DNA of 64,000 nucleotides, taken from the NCBI GenBank assembly GCA_963833575.1, contig CAWHXY010000004.1:32001-96000 (forward strand), written 5' to 3'. Shown in pieces: positions 1 to 9,266 of this stretch (the stretch's first letter is position 1; each line of letters begins with the position of its first letter). Position numbers and translations under genes: made by a program. The notes under the pieces are model-generated. The model made no database searches and was not told the origin of the DNA. It was given only the letters and a program-made list of their open reading frames with translations. This DNA comes from Candidatus Bathyarchaeota archaeon. GTDB lineage: Archaea > Thermoproteota > Bathyarchaeia > Bathyarchaeales > Bathycorpusculaceae.

Positions 1-438
1 AATGTATGATGCGGCGACTACTCCTATGAAGGCAGTTTTAGACCAGTAGTCGAGACCAGTATAAGCGTAGCCTACCCATATGAAAACGGCAGTAGCGATA
101 CCATAAGCTACAACCGGCGTGACCCATCGTATTTTTCTCTTGGCTATGTAACCTATCAAGAAAAATGCGACAAAATTGCTGGTTACTCCTGCAATTAAGC
201 TAAGCAATAGGTTGTTTCCGAAGATAGCGTCGCTTAGGAATATACCAACTGCTGCGCCAACCCCTCCGACGAGCGGACCAAACACTACAGCGAAAACGGC
301 GGGGACGATGACTGGAGGCCAGAATCGGACTCCACCATATGAGATAGGGATTAAACTATAGAATATGTAACCGACTGCAACATACAATGCTATGTTTAAC
401 GCTAACCCTGCAACGTCAATTGCTTTCAATTTTAACAT
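1..438 (-). CDS. ECF transporter S-component-like membrane protein (3' truncated by window edge)
   Basis: Manual translation from ATG at 438: MLKLKAIDVAGLALNIALYVAVGY...GGVRFWPPVIVPAVFAVVFGPLVGGVGAAVGIFLSD; the FGPxxG..G...D pattern is typical of S-components. Confidence 0.7.
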   Translation of the reverse strand, partial: MLKLKAIDVAGLALNIALYVAVGYIFYSLIPISYGGVRFWPPVIVPAVFAVVFGPLVGGVGAAVGIFLSDAIFGNNLLLSLIAGVTSNFVAFFLIGYIAKRKIRWVTPVVAYGIATAVFIWVGYAYTGLDYWSKTAFIGVVAASYI

Positions 439-515
439 CTTAACTTTTTCTTCCTAGTTGGCGGTATTTATTGCTGTTGAGAGATTTTTTTTGATAGATA
501 AGACTTCCCTATGAA

Positions 516-537
516 TTGTTTAAACATGTTTAAACAA
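516..537. promoter_or_regulatory. Perfect 22-bp palindrome, candidate operator
   Basis: TTGTTTAAACATGTTTAAACAA is self-complementary and lies about 80 bp upstream of the S-component start. Confidence 0.5.
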
Positions 538-652
538 CTGCAATTAAATTAATCCATAATATGGGAATTCGTCAAAAAATTCGAGACAAAAAATAATTGT
601 AGAACTTGGATCAATTGATTAAAGTACAAAAATCTAAAATGCAGAAATAGAG

Positions 653-1003
653 TTATTTTTTGTGACGTTTGATACGTTCTGACCTTTGAGTTTTCATGCG
701 CCAGTCTTTTTTTCTTTGGGTTGCCACCGTGAATTTTCCAGGCCTGCCCATGGGCTGATCTAATTTGCGGTAGCGCGAAATATTAACGTAGAATGTTTGG
801 GCGTCAATTTTGTTTTCTTTTAGATCTTCAAGGTTCTGGTTGAGGTCTTTTTTGGCTTGTGCATCGGTATTTGCGTCAAATGTGTCTGAGTAAACCATGT
901 AGGCTGCGTGAAATTGAAAGTTTGAGGGGTCGTCGAATAAAAGTTTCTCGATTTGAGATGTTGGTTCGTTATTGGTGTTTGGTTCGTTTGGTTTTTCGGT
1001 CAT
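653..1003 (-). CDS. Hypothetical protein with basic C-terminus
   Basis: 116-aa ORF with plausible composition and an R/K-rich tail. Confidence 0.65.
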   Translation of the reverse strand: MTEKPNEPNTNNEPTSQIEKLLFDDPSNFQFHAAYMVYSDTFDANTDAQAKKDLNQNLEDLKENKIDAQTFYVNISRYRKLDQPMGRPGKFTVATQRKKDWRMKTQRSERIKRHKK

Positions 1004-1258
1004 GTTTATTCCGCTTTTTGATGTAGGGATGATGGTTTTTCCCTCTTTTATACGTGTGCCTAAACTAAACCTTTTCGCCTAAACCAGCCCTAAACTGTTG
1101 CTCAGAAAAAACTATACATCATTATATTGCCGGAGTAGCAACATGTGGGACGGATTGTTTTACAGAAAACAACATTTTTCAGTCATCGAAACTCATACCT
1201 TTCAGCGGTTTGATTGTAGGACATAGTTTTAATAGAATTTCCTAGTGTGTAATACTTT

Positions 1259-2290
1259 ATGGAACCTTATGTTGATGATATTGGCAGTTTCCCTTTGCCA
1301 GCGGGAATCAAAAGAGAAGACTACGTTAAGGCGTACGAATTGGCACGGGAGGCCATAATCAAGGGACAAGACCCGTCGAAGGATGCGTTTGTAGAGAAAA
1401 CTTTCTGCAAAGTGGTCGTTGAGTCATTTAAGAAAAAACTTGCCACAGGCTTAGACGTAGTAAATTTTCCACAGCACTTTAATGGACTTAGACAAGTCGG
1501 CGACGCCATCCATGCCGCCATGCAGAAAGGTTCCTTTGTCGTCGACCAAGAAACCGCAATCCTACCAGAAATCTACGTCCTAAATCAAGAAGCAAAATGC
1601 CTGAGCGAAGAATATGGTAAAAAAATCCAGCTGCGAGTTTCAATTTTTGGTCCCATCGAGCAATACCTCAACGAGGTTGGCTCCACCGCTTACCCCGACG
1701 TTTTAGACGGGTTTGCCCAAACCATAAATCGTTTTGCAAGGAACAGCATCCTGAACAACAAGTACATCGAAACTAAAGTAATTTCGATTGATGAACCCAG
1801 CCTTGGGCACAGCAGCTTCACAGGCTCACCCGAGTTGATTCGGGAAGCACTTGAGAAAGCTTACGGTTTCCAAGGTCCAATCCGGCAAATTCATTTGCAT
1901 TTTGCTTCAGGTATACACGATTTGTTAGCAGTAAAAGGACTTGATGTACTCTCGTTTGAGTATGCAGCGTCCCCAAAAAATATAGAAGCCGTCCCAAAAA
2001 ACATGCTGGAAAAAGCTGATAAGCAAATTCGTGTTGGTATCGCCCGAACAGACATAGATACAATATGGGCAGAACTCTACGAGAAAGGCATAACCCAACC
2101 GTCAACTGAGCAGATTGTGGAACCTTTGGAAACCATAAAGAAACGTTACCGATTCGCCAAAGAAAAATATGGAGAACGATTGACGTTTACTGGTCCTGAC
2201 TGCGGTTTAGGCAGTTGGCCTAGTCAAGAAGCAGCCGAGTTATTGTTGGAGCGTACAGTAAAAGCAGTAAAAACGGCTAATTCTAATTAG
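1259..2290 (+). CDS. Core (MetE C-terminal-like) methionine synthase, MesC-like
   Basis: DDIGSFPLP N-terminus, SIDEPS, IHLH and PDCGLG Zn-ligand motifs; single-barrel size. Confidence 0.75.
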   Translation: MEPYVDDIGSFPLPAGIKREDYVKAYELAREAIIKGQDPSKDAFVEKTFCKVVVESFKKKLATGLDVVNFPQHFNGLRQVGDAIHAAMQKGSFVVDQETAILPEIYVLNQEAKCLSEEYGKKIQLRVSIFGPIEQYLNEVGSTAYPDVLDGFAQTINRFARNSILNNKYIETKVISIDEPSLGHSSFTGSPELIREALEKAYGFQGPIRQIHLHFASGIHDLLAVKGLDVLSFEYAASPKNIEAVPKNMLEKADKQIRVGIARTDIDTIWAELYEKGITQPSTEQIVEPLETIKKRYRFAKEKYGERLTFTGPDCGLGSWPSQEAAELLLERTVKAVKTANSN

Positions 2291-2324
2291 TTTTTCTAAA
2301 AAAGAAAAGGAAAAGTGGGTTTGT

Positions 2325-3188
2325 TTATTCTGTTTGTTCAGGTTGGGGTGGCAGTTCCTGGCTTGGCATAGGTTTCTTTCTTGCTGCTTGAGCTTGTTGT
2401 GCTTGGGTTAGGTCTTTGAAGCCGTAGGTTCCGATTGGAGGCCAACCTGCTTCCGGCATAGATGATGGCACTAGCATGATTGTGTTTGTTTGTGATTGCT
2501 GTCCTAACTCGTAGAGTATGTTCATCCATCTGAGTCTCAGACCTTCTGGGCTTGCCTCATACATTTTTGCTGCTTCAATCATTTTTGCTGATGCTTCGAA
2601 TTCAGCTGTGGCTAAGGTTACTCTTGCTATGCGTTCTCGTTCAGCTTGTGCTTGGCGGCTCATGGCGTCTTGTAGGTTGGCTGGGATGATGACGTCACGG
2701 ACTTCTACAGATGTTACTTTTATTCCCCATGACTCTGTTTTTTCGTCGATGATTTCTCGTAGGCGTGCTCCGACTTTTTCTCGTTCAGCAAGTAGCTCGT
2801 TGAGGCTTACTTTGCCGATGACTTCCCGCAAAGTGGTTTGTGAAGCCAATTGGGTAGCTTGGTAGTAATTTTCAACTTGCAACACTGCCTTTTCTAAATC
2901 CACAGGTTTCATGTACAATACTGAATCCACGTTTACTGGTACGTTGTCTTTGGTTAAGGTTGATTCGGTTCGGAATTGAATAGTGTCTAGTCGGGTTGAG
3001 ATTTTTAATGGTGCTCGGTCAATTAATGGAACCAGATATATGATTCCGGGGCCTTTCAAGCCGACGTAGCGTCCGAGCCTTAATACGGGCATTCGTTCCC
3101 ATTCTCTTAGAACACGAATACCGCTTAACAGGAAAAGTGCAACTACAATAGCTATAAAACCTATAATTGGAGTTAAAACATCAGCCAA
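2325..3188 (-). CDS. SPFH/stomatin (slipin) family protein
   Basis: N-terminal TM, RLGR..GPG, TKDNVPVNVD, WGIKVTSVEV, AMSRQAQAERE. Confidence 0.92.
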   Translation of the reverse strand: MADVLTPIIGFIAIVVALFLLSGIRVLREWERMPVLRLGRYVGLKGPGIIYLVPLIDRAPLKISTRLDTIQFRTESTLTKDNVPVNVDSVLYMKPVDLEKAVLQVENYYQATQLASQTTLREVIGKVSLNELLAEREKVGARLREIIDEKTESWGIKVTSVEVRDVIIPANLQDAMSRQAQAERERIARVTLATAEFEASAKMIEAAKMYEASPEGLRLRWMNILYELGQQSQTNTIMLVPSSMPEAGWPPIGTYGFKDLTQAQQAQAARKKPMPSQELPPQPEQTE

Positions 3189-3229
3189 TTTTCATACCTT
3201 CAACTAGTGGTATGCGGTGCTTTGGAGAA

Positions 3230-3625
3230 TTAAGCTTTTTGCTCGGCGGGTTTTACGACAAGTAACATGCCTTGCATGCCTATAACTTCTACCGGTTGAC
3301 CGGAGGCTATTTCGCTGTCTTTGGCGGTTGCTTCCCAGAATTCGCCCATAACTCTGATTTCACCTTTAGGTTTAAGGTCGCTGGTTGCTACGCCCCTGGC
3401 TCCGATTAAGGCTTCTTTGCCTGTTTTTACTCTTCGAAACTGAGCTTTAACGCCCACATAAAATATGAACCCAACAATTAAAGCGACAATAATGAGAGTT
3501 GCTGCAATGGTAACTTCCACTTGAACGGCAAGACCATAAAATGATGTTCCTGAAATTGCAGCGTAAAATAGGAAAGCCGCAATAGTTACCAAAATTCCAA
3601 CGAGAAAAGCTAACCCAGCGTGCAT
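3230..3625 (-). CDS. NfeD-like protein (short, C-terminal OB-fold)
   Basis: Two TM helices, then TGKEALIG..G...PKGEIRVMGEFWEA; adjacent to stomatin. Confidence 0.88.
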   Translation of the reverse strand: MHAGLAFLVGILVTIAAFLFYAAISGTSFYGLAVQVEVTIAATLIIVALIVGFIFYVGVKAQFRRVKTGKEALIGARGVATSDLKPKGEIRVMGEFWEATAKDSEIASGQPVEVIGMQGMLLVVKPAEQKA

Positions 3626-3760
3626 GCAAATTCCTTGATAGTTGATAGTTGGAGTTTACTTATAAGGCTCGTGTTTGTGCGAATTTGCCACAATTTTTTT
3701 CCTTTGTGCATTGGATTGCTTTATTGAATCGGGGCTCAGATCAGTTGCAGGTTGATACAT

Positions 3761-3810
3761 TTTTTGACATAATTTGACACAAATTGACATGATTTGACAT
3801 TTTTAGACAT
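3761..3810. repeat. 10-bp-period array of TTGACA (5 units)
   Basis: tttTTGACAt aatTTGACAc aaaTTGACAt gatTTGACAt tttTAGACAt. Confidence 0.85.
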
Positions 3811-3972
3811 TGCATAATTCAAATGAGAAGCACCACAAATTATTAAGAAGATAGAATTCACCGTTTTTTATCTTGTTTAATCTGAGATCTTCGGGTAAGT
3901 CGATATTTCTTATTTCTCAGTAAATTTGAAATAAAAAAATAGAAAAAAGAAAAAGTTGTTTTTTTTTTTGCT

Positions 3973-4116
3973 CTAATCACAAATTAATAGGATAGGAGCA
4001 GTTGAAGCAACAACGCTTGCGTTGCTGAGTTGTGGCATCGGGTAGGGTGAGCGTCGAAGTGGCGGCGGATGCATCGGTGTTGGCGGTTCAAGCTCTAATG
4101 GTATTTGTTTTATCAG
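3973..4116 (-). CDS. Putative Pro-rich microprotein (47 aa, CTG start), not in ORF track
   Basis: (M)IKQIPLELEPPTPMHPPPLRRSPYPMPQLSNASVVASTAPILLICD; CTG overlaps the HtrA TGA stop, GGAGG lies upstream, a U-rich tract follows. Confidence 0.45.
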   Translation of the reverse strand: MIKQIPLELEPPTPMHPPPLRRSPYPMPQLSNASVVASTAPILLICD

Positions 4117-5045
4117 TCTTCTTCGCCTCCGTGAACGGTTGGAACGATTGTTGTTTCGATGAGGCTTTCTCTTCGTATGATTGTCAGTTTGGTTTCTTTG
4201 CCGATTACGTCTTCCGCAAGTAATCTTGGTAAGTCATAGAAGTCTGTGACGGGTTTGTCGTTAAATTTGACTAGTACGTCGCCCATAGCCAAACCTGCTT
4301 TGCGAGCTGGGGAACCTGCTTCTACACTGAAAATCATCACTCCGCTTTCCTGTTCTAAACCTGCTTGTTCAGCGATTTCTTCTGGAATAGCAACAGTATT
4401 TGCGATTATGCCAAGATAACCTTTTTGAGCTATTTTTCCAGTCATTAATCTGTCTGCAACGGCTTTTACTTTGTTTATTGGTATAGCGATGCCTCTTTGC
4501 CAAACGTAAGCTGTGTTTATGCCAATGATTTTGCCTTCGACGTCCACGAGGGGTCCGCCGCTAAAGCCGGGGTTTAGTTGTGCGTCGGTTGCGATTACAT
4601 TTTCCATTGCTGTCATTCCACGCCAGCCTCTTATTGTACTGTTTACGTTTGTTACGATCCCAGTTGTGGCTGTTGGCTGGTTTCTATTGAATGGATTCGC
4701 AAGTGCGAAAACATATTGGCCTACACTTAGTTTTTCTGAATCACCCAACTCTATAGGTGTAAATTCTCCTTTCTCCGCCTTTAGCAGAGCTAAGTCACTA
4801 TATGGATCTGTTCCAACGATTGTAGCGTTGAATGTTTTGTCGCCTTGCCCAATTTTTACTCCGTTACATCCTTGTAATACGTGATTGCATGTGATTATGT
4901 AGCCGTCTTTGCTTAAGACGACGCCTGTGCCGCGTGACATTTGCGCTTTAACGCTAACTACTGACTCCGAAATTTTCTTGATTAAGGTGCTTGTTGCTTC
5001 TGAGAGCGATTTGAGAACCTCTAAAGGGTTAACTGTTTGAGTCAT
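4113..5045 (-). CDS. HtrA/DegP-like trypsin serine protease with PDZ domain
   Basis: ITCNHV (His), DLALLK (Asp), NPGFSGGPL (Ser), C-terminal PDZ; likely start MTQTVNP at 5045; no signal peptide. Confidence 0.9.
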   Translation of the reverse strand: MTQTVNPLEVLKSLSEATSTLIKKISESVVSVKAQMSRGTGVVLSKDGYIITCNHVLQGCNGVKIGQGDKTFNATIVGTDPYSDLALLKAEKGEFTPIELGDSEKLSVGQYVFALANPFNRNQPTATTGIVTNVNSTIRGWRGMTAMENVIATDAQLNPGFSGGPLVDVEGKIIGINTAYVWQRGIAIPINKVKAVADRLMTGKIAQKGYLGIIANTVAIPEEIAEQAGLEQESGVMIFSVEAGSPARKAGLAMGDVLVKFNDKPVTDFYDLPRLLAEDVIGKETKLTIIRRESLIETTIVPTVHGGEED

Positions 5046-5117
5046 TTTATTCACAAAAGAGTATACGTTAAAATGGTATTTGTTGACTAAGGAGCAGCGA
5101 AAGTTAGTCACAAAAAC

Positions 5118-5756
5118 TTAGGCTGGAAACATAAACGGTGAATTGCCGTAGTAGGCAACATTCTGGGCTAAGGCACCCTTGGATGCATGAGAGCTTTGGC
5201 AAATCTTGCCGATATTTGACATGAGCTGGTATGATGCCTTTAACGCAAGGTTTAGGTTATTGTTCGTTAAGAATTTGGCTTCAATGTTTAGTGCTGTGCC
5301 CTGAATGTTTGCAGATATTTGGATACCGCCATCTTCGGTGATCCACTTTAACGTGACACCGTGATTGTTTTCTGAAATGCCCAACCATCGCAGGACACCG
5401 AACCATTTGCCCTTTAGCGCTAAAATAAGCTGTTGCGTCATGAGGTCTGATGGAAGAAATGTTTGAATAAGCGGGGTAGTCGGCTTTTCATTGTGTGATT
5501 GGTGAAGTTTAAGTTTAGTTACCTTTGGGGTTACTCTGTATCCTTGGGGTTCTTTTTTTACAATTCCCTCTTGCTCGAGGCGGCTTAGAACGCGAGAAAG
5601 CGTTTCAGAATGCAGACCTGTTCTTCTTTTTAATCCATCGAATGTGAATATGGCTAAGTCTTCGTTTTCTATTAGTGCCAACACGTCAGTATCCCGCTCG
5701 CTAAGGGAGTAGTCGGCTGGAGGGCTTTGCCAATTAACATTCAGAAGAGGTATCAT
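5118..5756 (-). CDS. Winged-HTH domain protein
   Basis: FTFDGLKRRTGLHSETLSRVLSRLEQEGIV wHTH. Confidence 0.7.
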   Translation of the reverse strand: MIPLLNVNWQSPPADYSLSERDTDVLALIENEDLAIFTFDGLKRRTGLHSETLSRVLSRLEQEGIVKKEPQGYRVTPKVTKLKLHQSHNEKPTTPLIQTFLPSDLMTQQLILALKGKWFGVLRWLGISENNHGVTLKWITEDGGIQISANIQGTALNIEAKFLTNNNLNLALKASYQLMSNIGKICQSSHASKGALAQNVAYYGNSPFMFPA

Positions 5757-5879
5757 TAGCTAATTCAATGGTCAAACTGTTGCTTTTGAAGGTTACCCTA
5801 ATCTCGTAAGAAAACATCGATGAAGAATCCAAAATTTACACGAAGCCTTAAGATTTGAATCAATCAAGTAATAAGCGTG

Positions 5880-6530
5880 TTATCCTAAGCTTATCTTTTC
5901 TCCAGTCGCTATGTATACGATTGATTCGCAGACATAAACAGCATGGTCAGCTATACGCTCTAAATACCTGGTCATTAACACGCTTGAAATTACGCATTTG
6001 CTGTTTCCTTCTTCTGATTTGATTAGTTTTTTGACGTAGTCAAGGTACATTTTGTCTACTTCACGTTCTGTTTGCGAAATGGATTTGGCAAGCGTAATGT
6101 CATGTTTCCTAAGTGAGTCAATGCTTATTCTCACAGCTAAAAGGACGTTTTTACTCATTTCTTCGACATCCTCTTTGCACCAATTTTCGCATCCTCTTAA
6201 GCCGCTGAGCTCGTCATTAATGAATGATATATCAAGTGAATACCTACCAAGTCTCGCAAAGTCAGTGGCAATTTTCATGTACGATTTTATTGTTCTGAGA
6301 TCACTAGCAACTGGCTGAAACCTAGCTATCAACTCAAAGCTTTTATCTTCAATTTTATCTACCATAGCGCCTAGCATGTCAGACATTTCACGTACTTCTT
6401 CTTGAACGCTTTTTCCTTTGAGGTACCCTTGAATGGATTCAGTAAGCGTTTCATAGGTTAACTCAGCCATCCTTGTTATCAATACTGATTGTTCTTCTAG
6501 CCCATGGTCAATTATTCTGCTCATAGCCAT
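5880..6530 (-). CDS. phoU: Phosphate transport regulator PhoU
   Basis: QPVASDLR and LERIADHA motifs; downstream of pstB. Confidence 0.92.
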   Translation of the reverse strand: MAMSRIIDHGLEEQSVLITRMAELTYETLTESIQGYLKGKSVQEEVREMSDMLGAMVDKIEDKSFELIARFQPVASDLRTIKSYMKIATDFARLGRYSLDISFINDELSGLRGCENWCKEDVEEMSKNVLLAVRISIDSLRKHDITLAKSISQTEREVDKMYLDYVKKLIKSEEGNSKCVISSVLMTRYLERIADHAVYVCESIVYIATGEKISLG

Positions 6531-6538
6531 CTATCTCT

Positions 6539-7378
6539 TTATCCAAATTCGCCTGTTATATATTTCTCTGTTAACGGATTTTTAGGACGCTCAAAAATGT
6601 CTTTCGTCGGCCCAAACTCCATGAGTTGACCTAAATACATGAAAGCTGTGTAGTCAGAAACACGCGCTGCCTGCTGCAAATTGTGGGTAACAATAACAAT
6701 TGTAAAGTCCTTCTTAAGCGATGCAATAGATTCTTCAATTTTAGCTGTTGCTATTGGATCAAGAGCTGAGCAGGGCTCATCCATTAGAATAATTTCTGGT
6801 TCCACAGCAAGAGCGCGAGCTATACATAGTCTCTGTTGTTGTCCCCCAGACAAGTTAGTGCCTGATTTCTTGAGATCATTTTTTACTTCATCCCAAAGGA
6901 ATGCCATTCGAAGACTTTTTTCCGCCATACTGTCGAGAAGTTCTTTGTTTCTCACACCAGCTAGCTTTAAGCCTGCTACTGCATTGTCATAAATGGACAT
7001 TGTAGGGAAAGGATTGGCTTTCTGGAAGACCATGCCTATTCTTCTGCGTATTGTGACAGGATCAACTTGAGGAGAATAGATGTTTACTCCGTCTAAGATG
7101 ACTTCTCCTTCGACTTTTGCATTTGGAGTTAATTCATGGATTCGGTTGAGACATCGTATCAAAGTGGTTTTTCCACATCCAGAAGGTCCCATGATAGCTG
7201 TTACCTTGTTTTCAGGGAAGGTTAAGTTGATACCCTTTAGAACTTGTAGTTTTCCAAATCTGGCTTTCAAATCCTTGGTTGCTAACTTAACCGCTGATAA
7301 ATCCACGTTTTTGCTGTCTCTCAAATCATTGGATCTCCTAACATGTCTTTTTATTAATTCTATTGATTTTTTAGCCAT
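6539..7378 (-). CDS. pstB: Phosphate ABC transporter ATPase
   Basis: [37 protein letters not shown]. Confidence 0.97.
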   Translation of the reverse strand: MAKKSIELIKRHVRRSNDLRDSKNVDLSAVKLATKDLKARFGKLQVLKGINLTFPENKVTAIMGPSGCGKTTLIRCLNRIHELTPNAKVEGEVILDGVNIYSPQVDPVTIRRRIGMVFQKANPFPTMSIYDNAVAGLKLAGVRNKELLDSMAEKSLRMAFLWDEVKNDLKKSGTNLSGGQQQRLCIARALAVEPEIILMDEPCSALDPIATAKIEESIASLKKDFTIVIVTHNLQQAARVSDYTAFMYLGQLMEFGPTKDIFERPKNPLTEKYITGEFG

Positions 7379-7382
7379 TATC

Positions 7383-8258
7383 CTACGTCTCCACTCTTGC
7401 TCCAGTTAGATGTCTGCCAACTGTAAACTTGACCAGAAGATTCAACCCCAGCATGATAAGTATCAGGACTAAAGCCGCTCCCCATGCCTGAGTTTGCCAA
7501 ATTCTGGAAGCGGAAGTACCGTAATTATAGATAAGGACTGTTAATGAAGCTGTTGGCTGGAAAATACTTTTTGCAAAATAAACACTTGTTGAAGCTGTTA
7601 ACAGGATAGGAGCGGTCTCTCCAGTTGCTCGAGCCACAGCCAACAAAATACCAGTTAAAAGTCCATTTTTCCCTGTGCTAATAACTATTCTAAGTACAGT
7701 TTTCCATCTGGGAATTCCTAGTGCTAGCGACGCCTCTCTCAAGGTCGTAGGAACAAGCTTCAGAGATTCGCTTGTTGTTCTTGCGATTATGGGAAGCATT
7801 ACAAGACTAAGAGCAACACCGGCAGCAAAAGCAGAAAACTGTTTGGTACTTAAGACAATTACAACGAAAACGAATAGTCCTAAAACAATTGAAGGAAAAC
7901 CAGTAAGAACATCATTCATAAAACCTGAAACTGTGGAAAGCTTAGATGAAGACCATTCGGAAAAGAATATGCCTGCTCCCACACCAATTGGGACAGAGAT
8001 TAGGGAGGCAATACCAACCATCGTGAAAGATCCAACTATGGCATTTGCTATTCCTCCGCCTGGAACATTTGGCGCGGTAGGTAATCTCGTTAGGAACCCT
8101 ATGCTTATGGCTGGTGCCCCTCGGATGAAAACGTCTCCAAGTATGAGCAAAAGGGGTATTACAGCTAGAACTACGGTCACAATTATCAATACTGTCATTA
8201 ATTTGTTGAGAATTTTTCGCCAGAGTGAAATACCGGTAGGCAGATTAGACTTTTTCAT
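7383..8258 (-). CDS. pstA: Phosphate ABC transporter permease
   Basis: [33 protein letters not shown]. Confidence 0.95.
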   Translation of the reverse strand: MKKSNLPTGISLWRKILNKLMTVLIIVTVVLAVIPLLLILGDVFIRGAPAISIGFLTRLPTAPNVPGGGIANAIVGSFTMVGIASLISVPIGVGAGIFFSEWSSSKLSTVSGFMNDVLTGFPSIVLGLFVFVVIVLSTKQFSAFAAGVALSLVMLPIIARTTSESLKLVPTTLREASLALGIPRWKTVLRIVISTGKNGLLTGILLAVARATGETAPILLTASTSVYFAKSIFQPTASLTVLIYNYGTSASRIWQTQAWGAALVLILIMLGLNLLVKFTVGRHLTGARVET

Positions 8259-8272
8259 TGCTTCATCCTCCT

Positions 8273-9202
8273 TCAGTTCTTAACTCGTGTTCCTCGAGTC
8301 ATCCTCCAAAGCAGAAATCGAGCAAGAAAGTTAACTAATAAAGCTACAAAAAACAGGATTAGTCCTATTTCGATTACAGCGGATTGATAAACTCCTGAAG
8401 ATTCGCCGAACTCGTTTGCAATTAGCGAAGATAGAGTGGCGCCAGCCGAAAACAAATTTGTACTAATGTTTGGAATGTTGCCAATAACCATGGTTACAGC
8501 CATCGTTTCGCCGAAAGCGCGACCTAGCCCCAAAACGAAGGCTCCAAATATTCCTGATCGAGCATAAGGCAATACGCTTTTTTGGGTGACTTCCCAATCT
8601 GTAGCGCCAAGTGAGTACATTGCTTCTCGCTGACTATTCGGGACTACACTCAACACATCTCGTGTAACTGCCGACATTGTTGGAATAATCATTATGGCTA
8701 AGATTACTCCAGCGGTAAAAAAATCGTATCCAAAAGGATTCCCCGAAAATAGGGGAATAAAACCAAGAGATTTATGCAAAGGCACCTCAATATAATCACG
8801 TAAAAGGGGAATTAGAACGAACACGCCCCATAGACCATAGATAACACTAGGCACCGCTGCCAAAAGATCAACAACTGTGCCTAATGCGTAGCCAAAATTT
8901 TGATGGCTTTTCAATTTCTCAGAGATAAAGACGGCTACGCCCAGACTAATTGGAAATCCTATGACGATTGCAATCGCCGATGTTAACAATGTTCCATATA
9001 TAAAAGGTAAAGCACTAAGTACATTTTGAGTTGGTAACCACTTTGTTCCTGCCAAAAAACTAAAACCAAATGTTCTGATGGATTGGGCAGAGCCAAGATA
9101 AAGTTCAATCGCAAGTCCAACAACAATGGCTATAATGAACAGAGCAGCAGCAACAAGTACGATTTTTAGTATTGTGTCTCCTCTTGGCAGTCTGAATCGC
9201 AA
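8273..9202 (-). CDS. pstC: Phosphate ABC transporter permease
   Basis: PSVIYGLWG, GRAFGETMAV. Confidence 0.95.
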   Translation of the reverse strand: MRFRLPRGDTILKIVLVAAALFIIAIVVGLAIELYLGSAQSIRTFGFSFLAGTKWLPTQNVLSALPFIYGTLLTSAIAIVIGFPISLGVAVFISEKLKSHQNFGYALGTVVDLLAAVPSVIYGLWGVFVLIPLLRDYIEVPLHKSLGFIPLFSGNPFGYDFFTAGVILAIMIIPTMSAVTRDVLSVVPNSQREAMYSLGATDWEVTQKSVLPYARSGIFGAFVLGLGRAFGETMAVTMVIGNIPNISTNLFSAGATLSSLIANEFGESSGVYQSAVIEIGLILFFVALLVNFLARFLLWRMTRGTRVKN

Positions 9203-9266
9203 CTCTATAGTGCCTCAATATTTGGGTTAATATAAAAAAAATATGGGAATAATATCATATTAAGCT

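Noticed and set aside
176-361. 61-aa plus-strand ORF
   Set aside because: Antisense to the truncated ECF S-component gene
1059-1095. CCTAAAC short repeats
   Set aside because: Only three copies with irregular spacing; too weak to call
4032-4223. 63-aa plus-strand ORF
   Set aside because: Antisense to the HtrA 3' end and the better-supported minus-strand peptide
7675-8283. 202-aa plus-strand ORF and similar antisense ORFs across pst, atp and katG
   Set aside because: Shadow frames of well-supported genes on the opposite strand
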